64,000 nucleotides of DNA from Pecten maximus (taxonomy: Eukaryota). Both the position numbers and the translations under genes were made by a program. Below, one piece after another: positions 49,338 to 63,400 of this stretch. Numbering within the stretch: position 1 is the stretch's first letter; every line of letters begins with the position of its first letter. The notes beneath the pieces are model-generated. The model had not been told where the DNA came from. It was given only the letters and a program-made list of their open reading frames with translations, and did not search any database. The stretch lies in the NCBI RefSeq assembly GCF_902652985.1, contig NC_047023.1, positions 16,616,001-16,680,000 of the forward strand. The letters run 5' to 3'.

Positions 49338-49940
49338 ACAGTTATCAAATGGGTATGAGGGCGATGGTAATTTTGTCAGCCCCGAGGCAACAACTGTTGC
49401 ACGAGGGCTTTAGCCCTCGTGCAACAGTTGTTGCCTCGGGGCTGACAAAATTACTATTGCCCGAATTACCCCATTTGATAACTGTTTTATTATACCTTTA
49501 CGTTTTTTCTTGGCATAAAACTCACCATTAGCCTTTCGGATATCTACGTAAAATGTTCTAAGAAATAGGTTAAAATTCGTTGTCGGTATCTCGTATAATG
49601 CTTTTATAGTGTTTTTGCTATCTATGTCCGTTAATAATGACTCAATCTCTACGTCTGTGGCGTTTTGAAAACGCGTGTATTGATCCATGTTTGACAGTTT
49701 CGTGAGAGAAAACAAAATGTTAGGCTACTGTCTGCAACAACAAACAATCTGTGTCAATTAAGCGCTTGCATGTCGTTGTGTCTTTCAAACGTTCTGACGA
49801 CGTTACAGCAGGGGTGTGACAGTTCGCCGTGTGACAGTTTGCCGTGTGACAGTTTTTTTCGAACTGTCACATGGTGTGATAGTCCTAGAAACACATGCGT
49901 AATCCTCTCGAGGCTGATAGTCAAATTATCACATTACTTT
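49338..49940 (-). mobile_element. Internally deleted Crypton-like (tyrosine recombinase DNA transposon) remnant with terminal palindrome
   Basis: Peptide RFQNATDVEIESLLTDIDSKNTIKA...NLFLRTFYVDIRKANGEFYAK matches the N-terminal region of Crypton/DUF3504-associated proteins. Palindrome at 49338-49485 has 43-bp perfect arms. Right boundary approximate. Confidence 0.7.
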
Positions 49941-50009
49941 TATATAGAGAAAAAAACGTAAAGTTATAATAATGGCTAATATCATACTCGAATACAGGGC
50001 TACTATTGC

Positions 50010-50210
50010 ATCAAATGGTCGACCTGGACATATTTGTCACATGGCCAAATGCGTTAAAATCTTTAAGGGACCATTTCTCAGTAACCAAGAGACACAGAGT
50101 CATGATATTTAGCTAGTAGCGAGCTTTGATAACGGACTACAAAGTTTGTTCCAATGAACGACCTTGAATTACTTCAAGGTCACGTGCGTCAAACGTGTTA
50201 AAATCTTAGT
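50010..50210 (+). repeat. Fragment resembling the ~160-bp internal tandem unit of bivalve Helentron-derived (HINE-like) elements
   Basis: caaagtttgttccaatgaacgaccttgaattacttcaaggtcac, with gttaaaatctt recurring ~134 bp apart; family assigned from recollection only. Confidence 0.4.
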
Positions 50211-50508
50211 ATCAGCTATCAGTATGTATTCCAGATCTCATTTGGCTGTTTAGTTTAACTGGTCTCATTCTTATTCCAAGACTGTTGCCTTTTCTTTTCC
50301 TAGAAGCATTGCATATGGTCTATCTGAAGTTTTCATGTCAATGTCCCACGACCTAATACCAGTATTAGAGTAATATGGTAATTATTGTCCTGTTCACCAT
50401 TTACGATACGGTGAAAACTTTTTATGTCTGGTTGTGTGTCGAAGTGGATAGCGTACTCGTTTTTCATATAGACGACTGGGGCTAGATGGTCTGGTCGGAC
50501 ATAAAATA

Positions 50509-50719
50509 CTGTAAAAGTGGAAATATTCGCGGTGTGGAAATTTTCGCTTATTTCGCTATCGGTAAATCTCCGCGAAAATTTTCACACGCGAATATATTAA
50601 CACATAAAAATACTAAATATAAAAGATACAAGTTAGCGCAAAAATATCTTGACGACACGAAAATATCCACACCGCGAACACTTTGGAAGCTGGCTAAGCG
50701 AAAATTTCCACTTTTACAG
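50509..50719. mobile_element. MITE with TA target-site duplication
   Basis: TIRs ctgtaaaagtggaaat / atttccacttttacag flanked by TA on both sides, with internal cgcgaaa repeats. A related partial end lies at ~57097-57150. Confidence 0.85.
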
Positions 50720-52169
50720 TATATAGAGTTCGGTCCAATCATGATCAACCGCAGTGATTAATGAGAATTGTTAAATAATGTCTTTTTCTAGATGATGTTA
50801 ACTGTATATTGTAATAATTTGCTTTCAGTGCCTGTCATGGTCAGTGTGCCTTAGGCCGTCCGTGACCAGTAGACTTTATGTGATGGGCGTCTTATGTTAT
50901 TACCAAACAAACCAATTAACCTTTATGACGCTCCTAGCTTCCGTCTGGTTCATGATATGTTAAACATTTGTTTGAGGTATCTTGTGGTTACTGTTTCTAT
51001 GTATGTTCGATGTTATTTTGCATGCTAGCGGTAAGGTGTATCACTAAAGATAATCAAAGTAATATTCAATATCTCGAGGCATAACGTAATATTTTTGAAC
51101 ACGGCGATGGACCTGATGTTAGGAGCTGTTCCGAAAAGAAAAGCTTCGTTATGCTTGATAGCTGAGCATGAATTTCATATCTCTGTCAGTATAATTCAAA
51201 AGACGAAGTTAAAGCAATAAATACCATAATTCGGAAGCGAGTTACATAAAGTGACACTCAGCGCAGATTGATGATTTGTGATATTTAAATATACTGTAGT
51301 AACTAACGTTTCTAGAATGAGATTGTTACCCAGCAAGTCATCGAGGTCGGTGTCCTTGGACAGTGAAATAACGTATGAGACAGAGATCGACCAAACTATT
51401 GTAAACATTCATTAAAGAAATAATTAGTTAAAATTAGTATGATAAGTGCACATTCTGAGTCTCTATCTCATTTAATGGACTGGGATTACAATATACAATG
51501 TGGGTCAATAGACAAAACAAATAAGAACTCCATTATCATGGACGATGCAAAAAGTATTGGTTAACTTGAAACATATATTTGATAACAAAAAAAGCATTTG
51601 TATACTAATTTCTGTCGATATGATATTTCACACTTATTAAAGAGTTTAATATGAAGAATGGTAAAGTAACCTAAAACAGATTCAATAGTTATTTTTCTTC
51701 ATAATTTGATTAAGAAAATCGATGAATTACAAGTAGGAAGTTAAGCACAAAATGACGATGTCATATTACTGAAAAGAAGGAGTCATACCACGATAATATA
51801 CCAATGTGTACATAGTATAATTAGAGCAGCCGACATGAATTTGTAATCTTTACTTTTTCACAGAAGTGTCCCACTAGTCGATCAATGTCGCGATGTTACT
51901 GTGGATGGAACGTGCTGTATTGTAGTCGACACGAGATGGAAACATCGATTTTATCGATGGGTGATGTCGCCGTCAATTCCCCCGTCCTTCTTTACGGTCT
52001 TTTGGAGAAGTTCTTTTAGAGCGGTTTCTAACATGATGATTGGATTTAGTGTCAAGTCTATAGAAGGATTAACCTATATGATAACCACCTCTAAAGCTAG
52101 TTTATCAGCAATTTGCCTTCCAATGTGTGTTAGAGTTATTTCAATTAGGAAATTACTACTTATACTTAA

Positions 52170-52780
52170 GGTCACGTCTTACCATATACAATAACCACCT
52201 CTAGAGCCCATCTAAATGCCGTATGCAAGGTGTTAGGGTGCTGTACTTAGAGGATCACGACTTATCCTTCAGGGAGCGTCGTAAAACACCTTAATGAAAT
52301 AAGTAACCTTACGGATATGCACCCATCGAGAATTGCTGAAATTTTATTTTAATTTGTTTTAGAGACAGCAATTCGTTTTAGATCTAAAATATACCATTAT
52401 CCTTTCTTTGAATTAAATAATTTAAAATGGGGTCTTCTAGAACCAATTGTCGGCAATGTACAAAGAGGGTTTTAACGTCAATACCATGGAGACATTTAAA
52501 AAAGGTTCGCCTTTAAACGACTTTATTTTTATCAAATTAATTTCCTTTCTCGATTGTCACGAATAAATGCAGATAGCAGACTGGATTAACACGTACAGAA
52601 GGGACATTGTAAGGCTGCCATGCACAAACACATTGAAATATACCACAGTATTAGGATGCACAACGGAAATCTTCTTCTTCTTCGGTATCTTTTCTGCAAC
52701 CCCTTTTAACATGTTTTCTGAATCTGGTAAGCCAATGAGTAAAAGTATTTCCAGAGTAATTGTCCAATCGGTTGTTCACG
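52170..52780 (-). pseudogene. Heavily decayed LTR-retrotransposon gag-like fragment
   Basis: Frame-broken peptides NYSGNTFTHWLTRFRKHV and KVTYFIK..LRRSLKDK..QHPNTLHTAFRWALEV resemble Gypsy capsid motifs. Confidence 0.3.
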
Positions 52781-53967
52781 TGTATGTGTCTAATGATAAT
52801 AGAATATGTGTAGAGGTGTGATAGTTTTATACCGGTAATGAGGTGAGACCATCATCTGTATCATGGCTTTGCCCTCTTCTCTTCTTAAAGACAGCCGATG
52901 AAATGGGGATTTATTTATGTTCTTGTTATCTTGTATTAGTTGTCCCACGACAACAATTGAAGCGATGGAGATCAGTATATCTGAAAATGTTGATCAGTTA
53001 GCTCAAGGATCCTTTATAGTAAACTAACGCCGTTATTTTGCCATAGGTCTTTTCCCTACATTACTTTCACACCTTCATTTCCTCTCCGCTGTGTCCTCCT
53101 TATAATATCACCACTGGAAATAGAAATCTAAACAACAATTTTAACAATACTACGAAGCTGAAAAAATAAGTAACGCCCATGGAAGTAAGTTTAAGATGGA
53201 CTGGCACTTTTTCAAATGGATGCGTATACCATTTGCCGTTCAGTAGAAAGCAACCATATGTTTTAGGTTTTCCGTTTTACTGACCTTTAAACTTGACATG
53301 ACTTAATTGTGACCTAGAGTTATGGAAAGGCGATGCTTCACTCTGAAAATAAAATGAAAGACAATGTTTTTTAACGATTTCTTTAATGTCAATTAAAACA
53401 AAATAAAATTACATATCAGTGGATTTCATTTACATAAATGTATAGAAGTTTTTCTATCATATGAGACTCCGTCTTGCTGATAATCTGTATAATCGGGGGC
53501 GGGGGTGGGTGGGGGATTATTTCAGATTAATCGATACTCGTCTATATGTATACAAAGAAATCCAATTTCCTTGATGTCTCTTTGTAAGTATAACATGGAA
53601 ATGTTTTGAGCATAGCAAAATCATTAACACTTGGTGATCCCCGCTTGATGCTCTGCTATATATGAAAGCAACAATGAGAGACATTCCAGTTACTGTAAAA
53701 TGGACAAAAACACATCCTATATAACAGTGGAATGGAAATATTAAGCGTCCCTTAAAGGGATCCTATGCGGCCCTTTAGTCAGTCCCATCCAGAAAGGCAC
53801 TGTCTTAATGTTTCACACTTTTAAAAAACAGTAACATCCGTGCTATCCCTTCCAACATTTCCGATTATTACGATTTCCGCTAACGATGTCGACTCCTCAG
53901 TGAAAAATTAACAATACACGGGTTCGAGGGATGCCTCTACGATATGTTGGACATATTCTACTTATAT

Positions 53968-54282
53968 TGACCTAGATTTGTAGCACGGGTGTCGTCGTGA
54001 CCTATATTTGTAGTATGGGTGTCGTCGTGACCTAGATTTGTAGTACGGGTGTCGTCGTGACCTATATTTGTAGTATGGGTGTCGTCGTGACCTAGATTTG
54101 TAGTACGGGTGTCGTCCTTACCTATATTTGTAGTACGGGTGTCGTCGTGGCCTAAATTTGTAGTACGGGTGTTGTCGTGACCTATATTTGTAGTACGGGT
54201 GTCGTCGTGACCTAGATTTGTAGCGGAGGTGTCGTCGTGACCTATATTTGTAGTACGGATGTCGTCGTGACCTAGATTTGTA
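53968..54282. repeat. 30-bp minisatellite with 60-bp dimeric higher-order structure
   Basis: Unit tgaccta(g/t)atttgtagtacgggtgtcgtcg; cctat alternates with cctag (once cctaa). Confidence 0.96.
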
Positions 54283-57269
54283 TTCGATGATATACTTTTC
54301 CAAGTGTCGCCATACAAATCTATATTTTTGTTCGTTTTTGTCCTCGGTTTATCGATTTTTAGTTAGAACTACAGTTTCTCAGTATATCCTCTGTTGCTCT
54401 TGTCACTACGTGTATGTCTTCTGTTTCTGGATCCGCATGGAGGCTGTCGTCAATGAAGCAGAGGACGCTTCCTCTTTCTGAGCCTGTGGTCTCAATCTTC
54501 TTGTACCTCTGTATTTTCTGTATGTATTTTGAGTAAGAATTATGGTTTTGTTATTGCATATGTAGAAATATAACAACGTTTGTGGTATTTACTTTGAGTG
54601 ATGTATTTTGTAATAGCGATTTCAGTGAAGAATCAACTGCATGTAAAGAAAGTTTGCTATTATTGCTTCAGACACATCAATCAAATGGTATACACGTATG
54701 GTCGTTCAACGTTATCAAACGTGCAATTATGAAATTGCAAATTGAGGTAGTCATCCTGTTCATATATGTAGCTTAGAAGAGATCCGAGCACTTTCGTCGA
54801 TTTATATGGGCTCTTCTGCTGCGACCATACACAATACCCTATCTCCATTATCTGTTGGGTCCCTGTATACCTGACGGTCCCACATTATCGTATAAGATGT
54901 ATGTACCGTCACGTCATGGGTAAAATTAAATGGAAAAAATATCGAAGAATTTTGCATGTTCTAAACAGAGTATGCTCATGGCCATTGTTAGAAGTGTAAT
55001 TCCTTGAATATAGGGCAATTTTGTTTGACCATATTTTGAGTATTTTGTAACATAAGAAATTCATGAAAGCAACGAGGTAGTTCTCTTGCCAGTTTACAAA
55101 AGTCCTTAAATTAGAAGCACCTCTCGTCAGTAGTAGTTTCAATAATAACCGAACCACAGATAAAAAGAGTACGTCTTGCCCAGTACGTTAGAAATAACTC
55201 TAAGGTTAATGAACTTCTAGTGTCAGTACCAGAGCTCCATGATTGATAATTCTATTTTTAAAATGAGCCTTTAATTCATTTATAAATGAAACAACTACCT
55301 ATTCATCTATGAGAAGAAAAGAGATAACAGCAGGGCACCTCCGTCTTCATTAGATACCAACCACCGTGCGAGGACCTTAAACTCAAAAAGGTTAAGGTAT
55401 TGCTAACGCCAGAATCAGCAAATTTCATCTAAATTACATAATGTTTACTCTGAAGTATGTCTTGCACATGACAGATTGCATAAAGCTTATAAATCATTGA
55501 TGGACATATACCTGTATATCCTGTCAGGAATTAATGTCACTTGCTCAGGATTTGGAGGATGCAGGTAATGCAATTATAAAGTGAAATACATTAAAATGAT
55601 TGACATTTCTGTCGTGACCAATACCAAAACGGGACGTTTTCCATTTCACAGGTAGGCAGTCGTATAATCCGAGCGTGAATGATAATAGTTGACATAAATT
55701 TATTAAGATTAAAGTACAAAAAATACCGACTTTACTGTATATTATCTGTTTTCCACACAGTAACACAATCAGTCCGACGATTTATTTGGTACAGTCCGAA
55801 ACAGAGATGGTGTAACAGAATTTAACATTTGCCTGTATCTCACAGCATTCCACATCGCGTCAGTATCAAGTAAACTTATTAATGACTTTCTCTAGTTTGG
55901 ACCAAACGCATGTCAACATTTTATGACAGAAGCCAGGGGCTACGTATTTATAGATTTTACCAAACAAGGTAGGTTTGTGCATTCTAACTATTTGTTTACT
56001 TGATTGAATTATGAATATTACGTATGACTTGAGAATAATGCCCTATTCATGTTTATTTATTACCATTCGTGACACAATGGTTTTACTATATCGGATGTCT
56101 CCACACATCTATAAATAGAGACAAACGATTTAATTTTGACCACAAGTTATTTGCAAATGACGGCTCAGGATCACTGGTCTATTGTCTGGACGTGAGTTCC
56201 TCCGGCTGTGATTTTATTACACGAGCCGTATATGCTAGTACATGATACGCTTAGAAAACTGACAAAACAACGATGAAATTAATTATTGATTGTTCATACA
56301 AATGCTACAATGGACCATTTCCTGGTTTTAATAATTATTTCTGTGTAATCTCACCACAATATAGCTTTCAGAGTATAAAGTAACCATTTAGCTGTGTCAT
56401 TTGATAGTTTAATAAGCCAGGTCTATAATTAAAAGTGTCAATATATTAGTAGCTTTTGAGACAATTACATAAATACAATATGACGGTTACATGTAATACA
56501 AATCTTGTGAATATCATTTGTGTTTGCTAACATAGGCATTAAACAGAACACCCAGTGAAAATTGGCTTTTTGGAAGCCTTCGTCTCTGCATTAATCTGTA
56601 GGCTGCATCCAACTTCAATGACACAGAAAAAAGACCCCTCGCCTGTTTGGAAGTCAATGTCCTTCATGCTCTTAAACACAACACGAATGCCAGTCGTCAG
56701 GGGATCGGTCTTGTGATTGACGAAGAGATCTTAAATGCAGCAGAAACTACACGTCAACAATCAAAGGAGACATTGGGCACACTGGATGGGACCGCTAGTT
56801 GGTTTATAAAGATAGTAACATCGAGATTGATACGCCGTCTATACCATAATACAGTATGTAAGACCTACCTACCAGACACGTGACATCTCCCTGACAACCC
56901 ATGAACCAGCAGTATATACCAACGGATCGCAACGGCCGTACCTTACCAGGACATTGAAGTAGACGGTGGTCCTGTAAATATTCGGTACGTTTTGAGTTCC
57001 TAGCATCATTTGCAAGTGAAGGAAGGAAAAGACAGCTGTATTATACTCCTTTATTCATTATTCGGCATCTATTGTTATTATCATGCTTAAATGTGTTACT
57101 GTGTAGTTGGTAATATTCGCGGGGATTTGATTTCGCTATGTTCGCGGTCATTAAATTAATGCAACTGCTCATCTCTGAGTAACAGGAACTATTTTCATCA
57201 GCGCATTGTTTTTCAAGTAACAGTCAGGCCCAGCTAAATCAAGTTATTCAAAATCACAGAACCGCGGGG

Positions 57270-57332
57270 AAAACAACAACAACACAAAAACAAACAACCA
57301 AACAAACAACCAAACAAACAACCAAACAAACA
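57270..57332. repeat. (CAA/CAAA)n simple repeat
   Basis: Read directly from the sequence. Confidence 0.85.
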
Positions 57333-58189
57333 GAATAACAGCAGCCTATTAGTAGATCAGTAACACTCTTGGCATCATATTCCAAGTTGTTTAAAAATTG
57401 AAGTTAGAATGTCTTATTTTGCTGGGAAAAAAACACGTGCTTTTAATAATACGCATGTTTTATATAATTTTCTATAAGTTCAGAATGTGAAGAATTCCCC
57501 GACATGGAATTGAACCGTGTATATATTTATAACCGCTCTAGTTGATAAGTCACACACAGGTAACAAGAGGATGTGTGTAGTTATAAGATGAAATTTGTTT
57601 ACATGTACCATGTGATGGATATGTCTATATATAGGTTAATCACCGGAAGTGGTCATTCTTAATTATGATCAATAGTACGTTACCTAGATTATACCCTCTG
57701 GCAACAAGTACATACATGTAACCTCTATGCTTCAGTATGGGTCTGATATCTATATATGCATAGATGATGTTCCGTCTATTCTTAAAAAAATGAGAAAACA
57801 GACATCATCCATCTATCTGACAACACTAGTGGCTGCTGAAAGGCCAACAACAAGAGCGGAACGGGGGAAATAAAGGCCAAACGCCTTCTCCTGTATCACA
57901 GACACTCCAAAAACCAATTTATTTTACATCAACCTCGGACAATCCTCTTTGATATGTTACTGTAACGTTGAATTAAAAGTGATGAATGGGAATTTTATTT
58001 AGAATGAGATATTGATATATTTATTTCGTTATATACGATACTGTTCATCTTCGTATATTAACATTTTGTGTTACATTTTCCTATAGAAACGTATGTCCTT
58101 AGTAAACCAGATTGTGGTACATTGTATGTGAGACTGTATACTGCCATTTTCAGTGAATCGGTCCTTTCGAAATAAACTTTCATGTGTTC

Positions 58190-58630
58190 CAGGAAAAACA
58201 AATAAAACTACCTGCCAGTTACTTTCAGTATCAATAGGCCTAGAGGGTCTCCTGTAAGCGGATATTAAGTAACTTTAAAAGTTGTGGCGCTTGTGAAGCT
58301 GTCACAAAAAAACTTTGCAAGCGCGCCAGATACGAAATTACTAAATTTGTCAACGGGGGCTCAGTATCGAATTTTTAGAAATTCAAGACACGACAAAACT
58401 AAAAGCCCAGGATATCTATAAAAAACATTTTCAGTGTTGTTATTATTTACTGATGTCAAAGGCCTACCTAACTTCAAATGTCGACACCCGAGCCCTTATG
58501 AACGTCATCTGCTAAAGGCGCTGATCTGACCGATTAGACATGGAATCTGTTTCAAGCGAATTATCCTTGGAATCGTTGTCACCTGCTGTCAGGAGAATTT
58601 TAATTTAGAATTTTAGAGTTGATATTCTGA
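58190..58630 (+). mobile_element. Second copy of the old dispersed repeat at 13430-13780
   Basis: Colinear similarity including ctgcc(g/a)gttacttt, tctgcta and tccttggaatcgttgtca. Confidence 0.5.
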
Positions 58631-60005
58631 TTACGGTATAAAGGTATATTACGCAAAAACAGCTTAAATTTGAACATTCTGAAAGTCTGCGATTGTTAGC
58701 AATCTTGATATATCTACACACTTATGAAAAATATATAATAAAGCTAAATTTGTGTTAAAACTATTCTATGAACTATTATATGAGCGTGTCGTTTACGATG
58801 ACACTAGGAACTATATTACTTCTTTGGAGAATTTGGCTATTGTTGGATTTAACGTCATTGACGTGACAAGCGTGAAATCCAAATGCATTTTTGCTTCAGT
58901 CAAAAATATAGATATTGGCATTGAATTCTTACCAGATGGTAGCATGCAGGCGATATGAATACAAATTGGATGACTGACGTCATTCCATTCATCTGTCACC
59001 CAAACACTATTCATATCCACTGTATAATAGCATCTGGTATCAGTTCAATGTTTAATTACAAATGTCTGTGAATACGATTATATATACATAATTATATATA
59101 TAAATACTATACACATTTTAATAGTCAGCACTGCTACATTAAATGTATATTTAAACAGAAATTATTTTAATATTGCAATATTCATGTGCAGACAAATGTC
59201 TATTTAATTGACTCTGGGTTTTTAAAATTTTTTTTTTTAAAACTGGCTGGCCTAAAAATAGCCCAAACTTGTATGGCAGTCTGTTTACAAATTGAATAAA
59301 TTTCAATACTCTTAGTCTCCGAAAGCAGACATAGCCTGTTTTTGCGCTATATACATAGATAAATAGGCCATCAGATCGAGGTAATCAAGCTATCTATAAA
59401 CGACTTTGGGACATAAATAAATAATTTTAATAACAAATCGTGGATAAGATCGATCTTCAATGTATGTGGCCATTTTGATAAGAATACCCCACGGAAGATT
59501 GTATCAGGATAAGTAGACACAAAAGTACAAAATAATTTCTCATCAAGAGGTGACATTAATATTAATTGGTATGAAATTAGGCACAAAATTTTGTTTGAGT
59601 TCAAATTGATTTTTTTTTTCTTCTTTAAAGTGCCGTAAACGAGTTTACTCAAGTTAATGGTTTAATCTTTTTAGACTTGAATCCTTCTTTCGTCGATCTC
59701 ACGGGTAATAGAATTAAGTTGGTTGATACAAACATCTAATGAACAGCAAAGCAGTCCACATGGACAACATTCAACGTGAAAATATATAGTGTGTCATTCA
59801 ATGATCTTTGCAATGGACAATGTTCGAAACCATTCCTTCTAAATGCAATTTCCGAAGTGCAAAAACATCTGTACACGAGTTCATTGCTAGTTTGTCTACA
59901 TCAGTATATTTACTAGTTTAAAATACAAGATACCGCTCCTGTAGTTGGGGGATGAGAAATATCGAGGAAATACACATGGTAATTCTTAAATCATGCGTAA
60001 GAATT

Positions 60006-60426
60006 GACTTATGCGGGTACCCACTACAAGAGAAAGGGGGCGACTAATGTGGGTACCCACTGCACGAGTAAGAGGCGACTAATGAGAGTACCCACTACAA
60101 GAGAAAGGGGCGACTTATGGGGGTACCCACTGCACGAGTAAGAGGCGACTAATGAGAGTACCCACTACAAGAGAAAGGGGGCGACTTATGGGGGTACCCA
60201 CTGCACGAGTAAGAGGCGACTAATGAGAGTACTCACTACAAGAGAAAGGGGCGACTTATGGGGGTACCCACTACAAGAGAAAGGAGGCGACTAATGTGGG
60301 TACCCACTACAAGAGAAAGGGGATGACTAATGTGGGTACCCACTATAAGAGAAAGGGGGCGACTAATGTGGGTACCCACTGCACGAGTAAGAGGCGACTA
60401 ATGAGAGTATCCACTACAAGAGAAAG
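60006..60426. repeat. 35-36-bp minisatellite (12 units, two alternating variants)
   Basis: gactaatgtgggtacccact followed by acaagagaaagggggc or gcacgagtaagaggc. Confidence 0.95.
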
Positions 60427-63400
60427 TTTGTTTTCATGATAATTTCATAAAATTTATCTAATGAATGCCCCTTTTCATGATGGTTTTCTGATGTTTTAAA
60501 TTTTAAACATCTTATGATGACATTAGAGAGATCACGTACTGTCGTTATCGTCTACGCGTTATTTCTGGGTTTGAATTCATATAATGATTTCATAAGGTTG
60601 TGTACCTGTGGTAATTTAATATAAGACTCAAGGGTCCGTAATTGACCTCAAGGGTCTTGGGTTAGGGTACTTGACGTGTATGCAATGTTTCACTTTATCT
60701 TCTCAGAGAAGTTAATAAAAGTTCTGAAAGAGGTCATGTCAGCCCAGCATGAAGAGCATCGGGCTGAGTATGTAACACGTGGTTCGCGAAATCACCAGGT
60801 GTTTTTCTCCTGTTTGCTTCGATTTAGAATAAATACCAAGACACAATTATTTTAATACTTTGTCCATATATTGCTAATTCTAGATCTAATATACATGGTA
60901 CATGTCACAGATAATTTTCATCACATAATTATCACCGGAGACTTTATTTTTTAACTTTCAAATAAGTTATCAAAATATCTATTTACCAAATCTAGTCTCA
61001 TAATCTATAAAATATATCTTACGATTTCTAAACGCAATAACTCTTTCGAGATGAAGGTACATAATCACTTATGTACATGTACGTGTACGTAAATAAATCG
61101 TTAACAGATTGAAGGTCAATACAAAGACAAGGTAAGATGGCAATGAATGTTTGTTAGATACTTAATCAGAATGACATAAGAGACAAATATAACTTCATTA
61201 AAACAAAAAAGATATATAAATAGCAATGACAACAACAACAATAACAACACAATAAAATAAGTGCGCATGCGTGTCTTCAGACTTTGTCACACACTGACAT
61301 TTTAGAGGAAAAAAACAAGACATGAATTAATTAAAAAAAAGTTCTTAATGAAGAGATAACATTCATCACCGTTAACTAGATAAAAGGAGTTAAAGTAATT
61401 GCAACATGAGATGATTTATGGTGATGTAACGTTCCGTTTTATAGTCTTTGTTGTGTTGACTAGTTTTTGTCTTTTGATATATATATTTTTTTATATTTAG
61501 TTTACTCATTTATACGTATATTTATCTATTTATTTTGTATTTCAGATACAAATTGTATATCCTTACTAGTCAATTCCTCCATAATCCCTGGTAGTGTAGG
61601 AGCGTTTATGTAGAGGTAGGTAGAACGTTAATAGAAATCATTGTAGTAATCAGTCTGATAGGACGATTCAGATTCTTTATTTGCTTAAGTTTTACAACTT
61701 ATCACAATAACACAAGACATGATACATTATATACAAAGGCAAACATAACAGCACAAGTATCTACCTGGCACACAACTTTCACCATACGTCTCTCGCCCAT
61801 TCAATCTATTTGAAATTAGATGTAATTATACAGTATACAGTTTAATCCAATACAGCGCCAACGGGTCGGACTCTGCCGCATACTACCATGACACGAACGA
61901 CACCATTTAACCCCAGTATCCTCTGACCCTACGATCCAACAATCGAAGTTTTTTAGTCTAACTTCACCTTTAATACCCTGTCACACCACGTGTGGCGTCA
62001 TCAAATCCAAGTATCCTCTAGCCCTATCGTCAACCAATCGACCTTTTCTTGTTCAAGTATTCGCTACAATTCTTAAACAGGAGTGATTTCCTCTACTCAG
62101 ATTGTCCTTTAATCTTACTTTGTCAACTTTGTCTAGACTATTAACCGGAACGCCTCGGGCCTTTCAAGAGATGCTCCGGCTTATAATGGTTCATGTTTCC
62201 CGTATCCTACCCAGTGACGCAATCTCTTTCGACTATCGCCTGACCCTTCTAATATACCTATACATATATATTTTAACATCCTATCACACTACCAAATAGG
62301 CATTATTTAATCCAAATGTCTTTATCCCAATACTGTAAGATCTCTTCAAAAGTTTTTTGATATGTTTGGAAAGTATTTCAAGCTCTGGTATTCATTTTAC
62401 AAATTAATTCTTCCCGTTAGTCTTGTGGACACCGGAAGTCAAACTTACAAGAGCTTTTCAATTGTGACTTGAAGTTTATTGTTTTCTCAGTGTATTTTCT
62501 CTGCTATTTACAAGCATGTCGTCACTTAAATCTGGAAGCAATCATAATTTCAAACGTAAACAGTTTGGAAATTGGCAGTCTACCTCTTTCATGTACATCA
62601 AAGGAATAACGCTGATTGACAATGAGATAAGACACGCGTAACTTACCCATAAACTTTTCATAAATGTAGATATTTCTGTAAACAGGACTTGACTGTTCAA
62701 ACAAACACTAACCGTTATCTTCACTACACGTGCATCGCTATAAATAGTGTAGCACGCCATCTTTTCATCGTTTAAAAAAGCAATATCATTCGTCGAAATA
62801 TGTCTTTGTTATTTTGTTTCATGTTTGATATTATATTTTACTGTACTTCATTAAATCAACATTCTTTGATGCACGTGTCAAATATAAGTTATCCGTGTTC
62901 CTTATTTGTTGTTGACACGGCAACTGTTAGAAAAATCAGAATGCAGAGTACAAAATGCCCTTCTATGTTTAGGAGTATTTATAAACAACCTTATTTGGCA
63001 GTAGAAATATGCTCTCCCCCGTAACGTTTTTGTCTAACGTAGTGTTTTAACGACCTGCTGGTGTCGATTAACGATAGTTTTAAGACATCCACACACCCGC
63101 CATTGTGAAACATATGACCTTCTGGCACGTACGAATTGGAAGCACGTGCGAACAACCACAAAATGGTCATGAAAAGTGGTACGCAGACGTTTTTGATTAT
63201 GATAGGTCGCTATTTATTAGCTCTTTATGACAGGAATGCAATCTCTGAATTTTACGACATAGAAGAATTCTCCAATTGCTTAAGTGGGGAGGTAAGAAAA
63301 TGTTTGTAGTGAAGGTTCATTAATATGCTATAGCCAGAAATAGTTCCTTAATTACGTTGAAGGATAATTTTGAACTACAAAAATGAACATACATTTTCTA

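Noticed and set aside
54359-54550. Candidate terminal exon on the minus strand (YKKIETTGSERGSVLCFIDDSLHADPETEDIHVV...)
   Set aside because: No recognisable homology, weak acceptor, no partner exons
56602-56883. Candidate plus-strand exon (AASNFNDTEKRPLACLEV...)
   Set aside because: No recognisable domain; cannot be distinguished from a chance ORF
61680-62340. Possible minus-strand LINE 3' remnant
   Set aside because: Purine skew and a few peptide hints only; insufficient to call
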